This document shows positions 1 to 11,500 of a stretch of DNA of 64,000 nt, piece by piece. Source of the DNA: Paragordius varius (taxonomy: Eukaryota; Animalia; Nematomorpha); NCBI GenBank assembly GCA_964247055.1, contig OZ176053.1, forward strand, positions 310,001 to 374,000, written 5' to 3'. Under the pieces are notes generated by a model that searched no databases, was not told the DNA's origin, and was given only the letters and a program-made list of their open reading frames with translations. Position 1 is the first letter of the stretch. Each line of letters starts with the position of its first letter. Made by a program: the position numbers and the translations under genes.

Positions 1-680
1 CAAGAAGCGGCACAAAAATTATTTTTAACAATTTAGCGAATAATGTTAATCAAAACATTATTGGTAGATACACAACGCTATTCAAACAGCTACTGATTTG
101 TTATCCCTGGATGTGGAAAATATAGATGTTAAATTGCTTGGATATTGTAGAATTGTTGGCTAGTTCTTTTGTCAGCGATTGAAATATTTATAAAAATGTG
201 ATCTCCTAGAATCCTATTTTTTTATCACAGGACAAAGGTCAAAATTCCAAGTCAAAAAAGGTTAGAAAATAATTTTATATCATTACCTAATCGCAATATT
301 ATAAAGCATCCAGAAAAACAAGGCTCAATGAATAGCCAGAATATAAAAATGTATACAAACAGAAACGATTATTTGGAAGACAAGATGGTGCACAATGAAA
401 CTTTTTTATGAAGTCTCATTATTAAAAAATATATTGAATGAAAACTTATATTATGGACAGCAGAAAAAAATACGTAGAATAGAAATGGTTAAAATAATTA
501 TTTTATACAAATTATGTCCATACAATAATATTATAATTGTATAATTTGCATTATCTTTACCTGAACCACTGCTATTGAACACGTTTTTCCACAGTAATTT
601 AAATGTTGAATAAAAGCCATTTTATGTGTTCAAATATAATTTGACAATTATGAAGACTTATACAATATTTTAAGTAATTT
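1..680 (+). pseudogene. Decayed, deletion-riddled copy of the 3' half of a hAT transposase
   Basis: Collinear reverse-complement homology to 790-1880: 41-120 matches revcomp of about 1740-1830, and 550-670 matches revcomp of about 790-945. Many internal deletions, no ORF. Confidence 0.8.
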
Positions 681-744
681 TGTTTATTTTTTAACATAAA
701 AACCTTATAAATATAAGAAAATATTTTATTCTTTGGTATATTTT

Positions 745-2467
745 TAGTTTGAGTTAATGCGTTTTAGCAGATTGTCATCATTTTTTAAAATATTGTAGAA
801 GTCTTCACAAAAATTTGTCAAATTATATAAGACAGATAAAACGGCCTTTAAAGTTTCAACATTTAAATTTGATTCTGATGTCCACACTTGATTTACTGTG
901 AAAAAACGCGCTCAGTAGCAGCGTTGGTTCCAGGTAAAGATATTTCGAATTCCACAATTTTCAAAATATTATTGTATGTAATATAGTTGGCTTCAAAATG
1001 ATGAAATATTTCCAACCTTTTCTTTTCTACTGTATATTTTTCTTTTGTCCATAATTTAAGTTTTTCCTTATAATATATCTTTTAACTAATGATACTTCAG
1101 AAAAAAGATCATTTTCTGAAAGATTACTTATTGAAAATTTTTGGGAGCAGATATAATCAAATGATTTTTGAACATCGCACTAATTAAATTCTGATTTTAA
1201 TGTTATCCAATGAAAATGATCAATTTCATTGAATTGCGTCAAATCTTTACAGTTTGTATAAAACATTTTTATATGGTACAGGATATCTTGGCGATTTATT
1301 AAGCCTTGTTTTTCTAAATTATTTATTATATTGCGGATGGTTAATAGTATAAAATTATTTTCTATCCGTTCTTGACATTAGAATTTTAGGTTACTAACTA
1401 CATTGGCTACTTCGATTGCCGAAATTTTGTCACCTTCGTTAAATTTAATAACATTTTGAAAGAGAGAACCTTGATTATGTAAGAATTCCATATTTTTGAA
1501 GAATCAATTTCAAAAAACTTTTTAAAGTTGTAGGACATTTGTCCTGTGATAAAAAAAGATTTTTAGGGATCATACATTTTTAAAATTCTTTCGATAGCTG
1601 GCATAAAAGCTAACCAGCGAGTTTTACAATATCCAAGCATTTTTTGATATTGAACTTCTGCATTTTCACAGAATTCTTTAAGTGTTTCAACACGTACCGT
1701 GTATATATAAAAATAGGAATATATTTTAACAACATTTTCCACATCTAGGGGTAACAAATCAGCAGCTGTTTGAATAGGGTTGTGTATTATATGCGCTGCA
1801 CACCCAACGCCAATAATGTTTTGATTAAGATTATCTGTTAATTTATGAAAAATATTTTTTGTTCTCCTCCTTGCTTTTCCACCAAAGTTCGTATTGGTGT
1901 TGTCAGCGCAATATGCGATAATTTTGTCTTTTAAATTATTTTTTTCTAGAATATGCATTATTGAAGTAAATATTATCTTGGAATTTTCACTAGGTATAGA
2001 AATTCAATCTAAAATTTTAATTTTTACTCCGGTTTCTGAATCAATATCATATAAAAGTGGGATATAATTTTGTTTCATGGTGATTTGATGCATCAGAGTA
2101 TAGGGAAAAAAATTAATTTTCTTTTTGTATTTCAGAAAGGCGAAAGGACATTGCACACAATGGCTTCAGCCTTTGTACGGGCACATGTAAATTTTTTATG
2201 CAATAACGTGCGAATCTGTGAGGTACAGTCCATAGATCTAAAGGAATGATCGTGATTAACGGTGTGAAAAGATAACACGCCCTCAGCTAATGCCAAATTC
2301 TTTTCTTCCTCTCCAAAAGCGGTTTTTCGAAAAAAATCGCTCATTTTGTAAGATGATGTCGCCATATCTAAACATTTTTTATGTTTCTGTGTTTCCATAT
2401 GCTTTGTAAAATCATGCTTGCCGCCATGTGCTAGGGTGAATTCCCCCTCGCATATAAGACATTTCAC
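745..2467 (-). pseudogene. hAT-family transposase, frameshifted
   Basis: ORF 2467-2132 starts with a C2H2/BED-like finger (CLICEGEF..HGG..D..KH..T.KH). ORF 1958-1563 has ADNTNTNFGG, GCAAHIIHN and KTRWL. Revcomp of about 890-945 reads SLPGTNAATERVFS (hAT C-terminal dimerisation motif). Stops and frameshifts separate the segments. Confidence 0.88.
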
Positions 2468-2558
2468 AGATGATTCATTTTTCGTTTTTTTTGAAAGGAA
2501 AATCTTTCATTAATTTATAATATAATATAATTCAGCTAAAATTATATAAATTTATTAT

Positions 2559-2591
2559 GATATTTCGATTACTACAAGTAATCTTTGTCAA
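2559..2591 (-). ncRNA. Minimal hammerhead-ribozyme-like motif (Penelope-tail fragment) in the transposase leader
   Basis: Minus strand reads UUGACAA-A-GAUUACU-UGU-AGUAAUC-GAAA-UA-UC. About 75 bp (2527-2600) matches the Penelope-like tail at 41129-41200. Confidence 0.5.
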
Positions 2592-2934
2592 ACTTAAAAA
2601 ATATCATCGTTGAATTTACAACCTCTTTTTGTGTTCATATTTATAAACTACTATTAGTATAATAGATATATATTACCTTAATTTTCTCGAATAAACGTGT
2701 AAGGTACCGATTTGTGGTACCAATTTGTCTTTTAATCTAGAGATTTGTGGTATTAACTTGGCTTTTTGATAATGATGACAGTAGTAGTAGGAAGGAAAGT
2801 GCATAATCATTTAATTTAAAATTTATATAGATTTTAAAGATATTTAATGATAAAAAATTTAAATGGATAAAAAAATTTATTTGTATTAAAAATTTTTTTT
2901 TTATATGATCGTGAAAAAGCGGGACATTTTAAAA

Positions 2935-3007
2935 ACGTAGCGGGACGCGGGACAAAGTGTGAAAAAGCGGGACTGTCCCGCCAAAAGCGGGACGTCTGGT
3001 CACCTTA
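2935..3007 (-). mobile_element. Left terminus (TIR plus subterminal GCGGGAC repeats) of the hAT element
   Basis: Revcomp reads TAAGGTGACCAGACGTCCCGCTTTTGGCGGGACAGTCCCG, the TAGGGTGACCAGA-type hAT end. GCGGGAC is repeated about 5 times. Confidence 0.8.
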
Positions 3008-3120
3008 GGTATGCATATAATCTAATACTATTGTATCATCTAATTTATCTGCACTTAGTACCCTTAAAAGCATCCAACAAGGAAGTGGCGCCTAGCTAAA
3101 AGCCTAGGAAGGCGGTAAGG

Positions 3121-4860
3121 TAATGTGACCAGATATTTAGAACCCTGGCGCAGTACAAAATTAAAACATACTTTGCCTATTTTTTACACCAGATTTTCGG
3201 TGTTTTATATTAAATGATATTGTTTATTCCTATTTATAAGCTCATTAGAAACAATTAAAATAACATTTTGGCGATTATATTCGCCACTACTCTAGTCTTA
3301 CTATCGAATTGCAATAAGTTTACCATATCCATGTATTTTTATCTTTTTTTACACATTGATATAATTTAATTAGCAAAGCATTATTATATTTATACCGTTT
3401 ATTTTCTTTTTGATATGAAAATTAGCACATCTATATGATAATATAATAAATTTATTTGTTACCAATGTCTTGATATATATAAATAAAAAGTGGCTCTTTC
3501 GAATTTTGAGGTCAAAAAGGTGGCTCTTCAAGCGTGTTGGACACCCCTGCATTCAATACAAAGGCACGGAAAAGAAAATTAAAATGAAAAGAATTGATAT
3601 AAAAATTATTATGTGTGTCTGTGTGTGTGTGTAAAATTAAAATAGGTCTAAAAATTTGTTTATGCAGAAAAGAATGAAAAGAAAACTGGTTTCAAATAAA
3701 AGTTTAGGGAAGCAAAAAATTAAAAAACATACCTCCCACCTAAAACATAAAAAAGTTATTTTTTCCCTACGAAAAAAAGGTTATATCGAAATTATAAGCC
3801 AAATATAATGAATTTTAAAAATAATATGTTACGGAAAATTTCCGTTTGATAATTATAATTAGCACTTGGATACAACACACTCACGATTCAAATTGGGGTA
3901 GTTGGATACCCCTGGCCTGTTTGAAATTAAATACTAGTATGGAAGAAATTTAAACTATGGGAAAATTTCGCACTTATATAACATTAATAAACCGAAATAT
4001 ATAATGAAATTTATTTGAAAAATACTTGATATTACTTATTTTAAGTTAAAAGCGAAAGGTAAAAATTTGGTCAACCTGACATCAAATGGTAATATTAAAA
4101 ATAATACAAAATAAACCGCGTTTTCTATTTCTATCAATGTTAGATGTAATTTATATAAAAAATTAGCTTTAGTATTACCCTTAAAATATAAAGACGATAT
4201 TTTGCAAAAATTTTGTAAAATAAAAATGGCGTCGAAGTAGTTTGAGATGGAACTTTTTTTTTCAAAACAAAATTTTGTCAAGATATTTTGGCATATTTAT
4301 ATAATTTTAATCAGGATACAAGCATAAATTTAAATTGGGACCGTTTCCTTCAGTAGTTTTTTAAAAATATTAATTTATTTGAATCGAAGTGTTAAAGGAA
4401 ACTCACACAAAATTTAATTAACTGAAACTTATAAGAAACAAAAATGAATTTTTAAAAGATTAAATTACTAAAAAATATATTTATTTTGTGTTTATTAGTC
4501 GCTTTTGCGGAAGCCCTGAGCGGAAGGTTGACCTCAATCTGGAGTCTGATATTTATAGTTCCGCTACTGCGCGAATTTGACCGGTTCAAAACCCAACCCC
4601 ATGTATAATTAGAGCAGAAAATAAAATATTTAAATTAAAAAAGGCCTTAATTTTTTACTGCAAAAGGATTCATTTATTATTTTAACAAAGGGTACTTTAT
4701 CAAATTCTACAATAAAAATTGTATAAATAAAAGTTAATTAAGACATATTTATAAAAAAAATACTTCAAAAAACAGTACAAAAGTCAGCGCAGTACAGGCG
4801 CGGTTTTTTTTTCGAAAACCCAGTACTCTACTGCGAAAAACAGCCTATCTGGTCACTTTA
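3121..4860. mobile_element. Non-autonomous hAT element with 8-bp TSD
   Basis: TIRs TAATGTGACCAGATA (3121) and TATCTGGTCACTTTA (to 4860). Identical flanks CGGTAAGG at 3113-3120 and 4861-4868. Subterminal GCGCAGTAC motifs at both ends. Confidence 0.9.
3955..4390. repeat. Dispersed repeat of about 450 bp, inverted homolog of 45500-45980; partial copy near 37600-37760
   Basis: AAAATGGCGTCGAAGTAGTTTGAGATGGAAC (about 4225-4255) is the revcomp of GTTCCATCTCAAACTACTTCGACGCCATTTT (about 45665-45695). Homology extends hundreds of bp on both sides. Confidence 0.8.
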
Positions 4861-5072
4861 CGGTAAGGGTCGTTCAGTGAGGACAGTAACGGTTGCATCA
4901 TGCCTGTCTCATTTTCTGGACACCTTGATATGCGAGTCATATTTATTTATAAATAACATTGATGCTTAGAAGACCGTTATATTGTTGTTTGCTGCTACAC
5001 TCTTTTAATAAATATAAAAAATTTAGATATTAAATATAATATATTAACTATGGTTGAAACTCTATCAAACAT

Positions 5073-5190
5073 GTTACGACCATATCACGTTGAAAGCACC
5101 GGTTCCCTTCCGAACACCGAAGTTAAGCAACGTTGAGCCCGGTTAGTACTTGGATGGGTGACCGCCTGGGAATCCCGGGTGTCGTAACTT
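5073..5190 (+). rRNA. 5S rRNA: 5S rRNA gene
   Basis: Terminal stem GTTACGAC/GTCGTAAC is perfectly complementary. Internal AAGTTAAGC and GGTTAGTACTTGGATGGGTGACCGCCTGGGAA match eukaryotic 5S boxes. About 118 nt. Confidence 0.96.
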
Positions 5191-5196
5191 TTTTTT
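5189..5196 (+). terminator. Pol III oligo-T terminator
   Basis: T8 run directly after the 5S 3' stem. Confidence 0.85.
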
Positions 5197-5896
5197 ATTT
5201 ATTTTAAATACCTCCTAATTTCTCAGGAATACTTTATTTAAATTCATTATATTTGGTTTTCAAAAATTTTACTTTAAAATATATTTAACTGTATAAAAAT
5301 TTTTGGGTCGATATAAGAAAGGGTGTCATCATTATTACCCCAAAGTTTAGCTGTGAGCAGAGCTAAAAACACATGTAAAAATCACCCTAATAGAAACTAT
5401 ATTCACAATAATTATGTTTTAAAACAATGTTCCGGAAAACTTATGAGGCCATTAAACTCCAAATTATAAGCTCTACTTAAGTATTTTTCCCAATTAAGCT
5501 TTTGACTCTGTAAAAACAATCCCAAAATTAGGCGATTAAAAAGTGTAATGTGTCTATTTATTGAGAATGCACATAAATTCTTGAGTTATGAAAGGCGCAA
5601 AACTTTTTTAAACGTTAATTTGTAAAAATTATATTGAAATTTATCAAAACAACGCTCACCAGATCGGTAAAATATATTAATTTTATACACAATTCTAATG
5701 ATAACAACGGCATTAGAAAAATAAAATCCTGGTGATATTCAATTATACAATTTTTAAAATTAATTTTAGAAAACCTTAAAATTACTTAAATTGTTACAAT
5801 TGCAAAAGGTTATTTTCTAAGATTTGTGGCTTTAATTTTTTAATACGTTTAGCATAATATATTTTCATCATTTTTTGATTAATAGAGTTGCAAATA

Positions 5897-6888
5897 ACAG
5901 CAGCGTATGGTAAAAAACAACAAATGATATGAAATTAAACAATTTTTTTCCCTATCTTTAAGACTAATTTTGCTTAATTATCCGTAAATAAACTTTATTT
6001 TATGCCATACGTTACTGTATATATGTAAATCCTGTAAAATCTAGTTATATCTGTCTTGCAACAAAGCATATTTTTTTAACATTTACTTGAGAGCTATAAA
6101 ATATTGACCGTTGCAAAAAGCGCAAACCAATTAAAACTTTTATAATCTTCTTGAGAAATTAACATCTCTATGAAAATTAATATAAGACACGCATTGTCGA
6201 TAAAACAATAGGGAAAGATGTTTTAATTAACATTTGTCAAGTTTTACATTTATAAAATTAAAATATCTACCTCAAGCATCTTATTTAATTTTTTAAAAAG
6301 AACATTTAATTTATTATATTTATTGAAGTTTTAAAATCATACGTTTATATAATAAATATTGAATTTACCAATCTAAATGCTTCCTATTATATTAAAATGT
6401 CATATAGGTACCTGGTTTCATTTTTGCAATTTAAAAATTTAAGCAATCTTGTATATTTACATTTATATATGAATGGCCACATGCCTTTTTACATATAATT
6501 TACACAGTAGCGTATGGTATAAAACCAAGTTTGTCCTATAAAACATAAACAAAATTAATGTTAAAATATAGGAAGATAAATGCAAAATTTTAACCATTTC
6601 TACTTTTTTACCATACACCACTGTATATAAATTAATCTATAGTATATATCAGATGATAGGGAAAAAGACCACTTGTCACATTGTCCTTTTTGTCATGATT
6701 TTCGATTTCATCATACTATACTAATCAAAATGTGACATACTTTAAACACATGCTATAAAAAAGATTATACAGTAACGTATGGTATAATTAAACGATAGCG
6801 CATAATTAAATACATAGTATTAAGGTTAAAGTATGGGAAAAAATGTTAAATTACAACTAATTGTTGTTTTTTACCATACGCTACTGTA
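5897..6888. mobile_element. Three short MITEs (family D, about 120 bp each: 5897-6019, 6503-6625, 6768-6888; another at about 53704-53790)
   Basis: TIR CAGTAGCGTATGGTAAAAA / TTTTTACCATACGCTACTG, mostly TA-flanked (Tc1/mariner-like signature). Confidence 0.75.
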
Positions 6889-8503
6889 TATATACACAGT
6901 GGTTTATGAAATATCCATATTTCTTATTATATGTATATAAAATTACTATTTTAATATTTTATATTTGATTTATAATTCAAATAAAAGTTGAATAAATATA
7001 AATGTTTTCTGTTTAAAAAACCGCGTTTTATATTTTCAGGTTAAAAAACAGATTAAGCATAGAAGGTCAATTACTTAATAATAAATTAATGATATTTATT
7101 AAAACAAAGCAGCACTTATTAAGCTATATTTTATCAAGTATAATAATATATATACTACTAATTATATATATCTTTAGTTTTAATTTGATAAATTACTCAA
7201 GATTATTTTGAATATAATTATAATTAATATGCCTTTTTTGGTATAATTGAGACGAATAAGTATATTTTAGAATATAAAAAGAGGTGTTTTTAGGTATTCC
7301 GACCCATTGATTTTACTGAGGAAATAATGGTGAACGCTAGAATGGGGAAAAAATGTTAAAATTATTATATTAATGAAACAGAAAATCTTAACCCTCGAAA
7401 TTAATTTAAAATATTGAATTTTTACCAGAAACCTGGGAAAATAGGGTTTGATTGAAAAGTAATCGTTAATAAAATGTAATTTTGTCATTCTTTTATAGGT
7501 AGGACCATCATCGCTAGCTAAGTTATGCAAATTTAATAAAATTATTGTCTAAATTGATAGATATGATAAATTAGGACTTTTTTATGAAGGCTTTATAAAA
7601 ACGCGTTACCTTATTAATATATATACACAGGGGATTTGATTAAAAAATCAATAGATAATTTCTATTGGTTTGTATGTTGACAAAACCTTGAAATAATAGA
7701 CCATCTGTTTTAGGTAAATAAAATCATATGTAATTCTATTATGTGTTAAACCCTTTGTCTTTTTGTTCTTTTTTCTTTATTCTCTATCGTTTTTTATGCA
7801 ATAAACAAACAAAACAAACAACGGCAAATATATAAATTAAAATTTTAGTCAATAATATTATTTCGCAAAATCTATAAATTCAAAACTTGTTAAAAATCAT
7901 TTTTCATTATCGAATAATTTTATTATATCACGAATATATTTTCATACATTTCCATTTTTTGGCTCAAATATCATAATCTTAAACCCCTCTATAAACTAAT
8001 TTAATCTTTATTAAAATATATTATTTTTACCTTTATTTGAAATTTTCATTATTTTTTATCTGTCACTTTATATTTTAACAATTAATTTCGAATCGCGAAA
8101 AACGACATAGCTTGTGATAATATCTGATTATTCTTTTGGAAAGGTAATATTTTAAGAGTCTAATATTTATATGTTATGATATATATTTAATCTATATATT
8201 TTTTGTGTTATAGATAACTGCTTTTACAAAAGACTATTGAAAGATCTCTATTACCGTTTTACCTGTGAAATAATTATTTTTTGCTCATCATATTTGTTCA
8301 GTTCTACACCAATCAAACAAAACACACATTTCCATTTTCAACCCCTCTATACATAAAAATTTGTGATTTGACTAACTTGCATTCATTTTGACTTCAAACA
8401 ATTCTTCTAACTTACTCTTGATTTGAAATTTCCATATATTCTAAGTTTTAAAACTTGAAACATCTGCTTTTTGAGATTCTGATAAAGATAAAAAAGTTGC
8501 ATC

Positions 8504-11500
8504 ATGTTAAACGCTTTGTCCAAATACGTTTCAGGGTACGTGACCAAATGTACATCATCAAATCAAAATGGCGGTTCTGGCCTATCGTCTGCCATGGTAG
8601 AACTACCCAAAAAAGCAGCCGATATTAATTTCCCTTCGCTTGTTCCGAAAGGTGAAATTACCGAAAACGATTTGGATAATGAATGGGTCCTCATAGCTCA
8701 AAAAAGTAAAAATTTAATTTAATTTTTTTTCCTAAGTGTGGAGAAAACTTTTGAACTTTTTTTGATACTTTTTATTTTACTACTATAATTAAATTTTTAA
8801 TTGCTTTACCATTAATAATTATAAATGTATTATATAATTGTTGTTGAAAAATTTAATTATAGTATCTATACCGCCGATACACAAATTTTCTGTCAAAGTA
8901 TATATAGTATAAATAATTGTGTAAAGTGTGTCATTCTAGTTTACCTCTCAATATCATCAAATAACTCGTATATACTATTTATTCATTCTTTTATAAAAAA
9001 ATTTCTACAAAATTTTATAAATATATATGAAAAATCTTGGATTTTTTAGGTTTCTGCCTGCAAATTATATTTAATAATCTGTATATAGCTGTAATATCCG
9101 AAATATATTTGTTAAGGGGGGGGGGGGGCTTTACTCTGCATGTAGGAGAGTTTTAATTAAACAAAAATGATTCAACAATAAATATAGTATAATGTATGTT
9201 AGATACCGCACCGACACAGATATTTAATATATACATGTTATTTATTTGGGTCGCTTTTTATTATTTGATATACCAAGTTGTGAGTTTGTATTTATAATTT
9301 TTTTCATATGCAAGTCTACGTAATGTTAATGTAATGTATTGCATCATCAATTTTGCAATGTGACACGATCCATGTTATGTTATTGTGTGTCTTTTCAAAA
9401 ATATTTACCATTAATCAAATATTTATCGTACATGAAAATTTATAATTTGGCACAAATAGTTGGTCAAACTTTTTTTTACGAAATACGAAAAAATTTTATG
9501 ATGAAAAATTATTCCCTCATTAATGCAAGTTTTTTATACTTGCTATGTACTGTACTATGCATAAGGCTGATTCATGATTGGCTATTTCGCATTTTTTTTT
9601 CTTAAAAATGATTGAAAAAAAAACGTAGCAATAGTTTTTTGGAAGCCTTATACCTATTTTGGGCCAAATTTATCTTTTATTTTTTATACATTCCCTCTTA
9701 TTTTCCAGTTTGCGTCATGCACCGCTCTTTTCTCTTCCCTTGTCTATTGTTAATGGTTTTTTTGTGTTTTGTTATGAATATATACGCGACTAGGCTAATT
9801 TTAATCATTTGTCGTCTTTGTATTAAAAAATATATTTGTGTTGGCACCTACCTCTCTTATATTAACTTGGGACTTATTACTAAGAAAAAAAAATAATTAA
9901 TTAAATTGTTATTGAAAAATGTTACATTGTATAAGCGGTACTACTTTAAATTTGAGATTTATGATTTTAACAATTTCTAATTACAAAGTTACATTCGATT
10001 GCATGATGAAATGCGGAAAATTGTATGAAATTTTGGAAAATATATAATGTTAAATTTTAATTTACCCATATCTATATATGTGTAGTAATAGCTTAAGGAG
10101 ATATGCAAATCGCAGAAATTGTAACTCATTAAGCCCATTGACGTCACAATAATAAAAGGATATGTAAACGAAAACATATATACTTAACTCATTATTATGT
10201 AAATTACTCAATAACAAAAAGATTTAAGTGTTAACTTATAAAATGATAAATACGTACTATTTATTATTTGCCTTAAACATTGTAAATAGTGTTGTTAGAA
10301 AGGTTGATTTAGTATATGTACATAAAAAATTGGATGTCGCTAAAACTTTAAAATTTACAAATGTGACAATTTTTTTAAAAAAAAGAATGATAAAAACCCA
10401 CAATAACAAGATCTATTATAGGCTTTTATGGTTTTTTAAATGGCTAAAATGGGATTTTCATGTTTGCCATGTATGAGATATGTCATTTTTTAATTGTACA
10501 TTGTACTTTTTTTTACATATAATATAACGAAAAATCTTATATACATGTCATTAAATCCCCATTTAACCATTTTATTACCGAATGGCCTATAATAGTCGTT
10601 AATGTAATATGATTCGAAATTAATCAGACGACTGTTTAATTTTATATTTTTTGACATGAAAATGAAATTGCTAACTTTCTTACGTTTTTTTAATTTTTAT
10701 ACTACGGTTAGTTTCGGTAGATAATATAATTTTTTGGTAAACAATTTTCTTTTATTTTTACATTAGGACCAATACCTCTACCCGAAGAAAATGATCAAAT
10801 TTATTTGGACCTAAACAAGGTAATATCTTGCCCGCCTTTATCTTCCACCACAGCGACAACAACAAAAGCAAACCACCAAAAACCAACTATTAGCTGTTCT
10901 AGCATGAACACCACTCCCTTACCGTGCAATAATATGTCCTACACTGCCTCTGGTCCTAAAACGGATAATACGACGGCACAACCCTTTTATCTTGTTACGG
11001 GGACTATGCATGGCCGTGACGGTTATGATGCAGAAAGTCAATCTGTCTTGGTTAACCGGAATAAACTTGTTACTATCCCGGTTAAAGAAAGCGCAGTTTC
11101 ATCCAACAATGATCATAAGACTACTACTATGTCGTCCAAAGACAAGAAAACTACACGCCATATCAAAGTAGGAAACAAGAAAAACGCTGCGAGCAAATTG
11201 CATAATTATTCCAATTTAGAGAAGCAAGTAGACGATGACACCGATGTACTAGATGATCCAATCGCTTCCGATTTTGACGACGGCGAAGATAGTGAATGGG
11301 ACGACGAATATAAGCAACAAAAAGTTTCGTCTGCTGCGACTTTACCGTCTGACAATGATGACAGTGATACATCGAGTTTTACAGCTGATGATGAATTTGG
11401 AAAGAAGAAAAGACTGACTAATAATAAAGTTAATTCCTCGACAACAGGTGTCGTTCCAGCAGCCTCTAAAATGATGGCCAAGTTTCATGATACCTGGGAC

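Noticed and set aside
3060-4945. Partial resemblances of the reconstituted GC island to U12 (CCTTAAA..AAGGAA), U4atac (AGTGAGGACAGTA) and U2 (minus strand)
   Set aside because: Each match is short and lacks the obligatory partner motif (branch-pairing GUAAGGA, K-turn stem, GUGUAGUA). No assignment made.
5331-5350. ATTATTACCCCAAAGTTTAG resembling nematode SL1 near 5S
   Set aside because: It lacks the GGTTTA start, the GAG|GT donor and a downstream Sm site; similar ..ACCCCAAA.. words occur in other repeats.
10139-10146. Perfect CRE palindrome TGACGTCA, with nearby octamer and FOXO-like words in DOR-like intron 1
   Set aside because: Single short motifs can arise by chance in 64 kb, and no conservation data are available.
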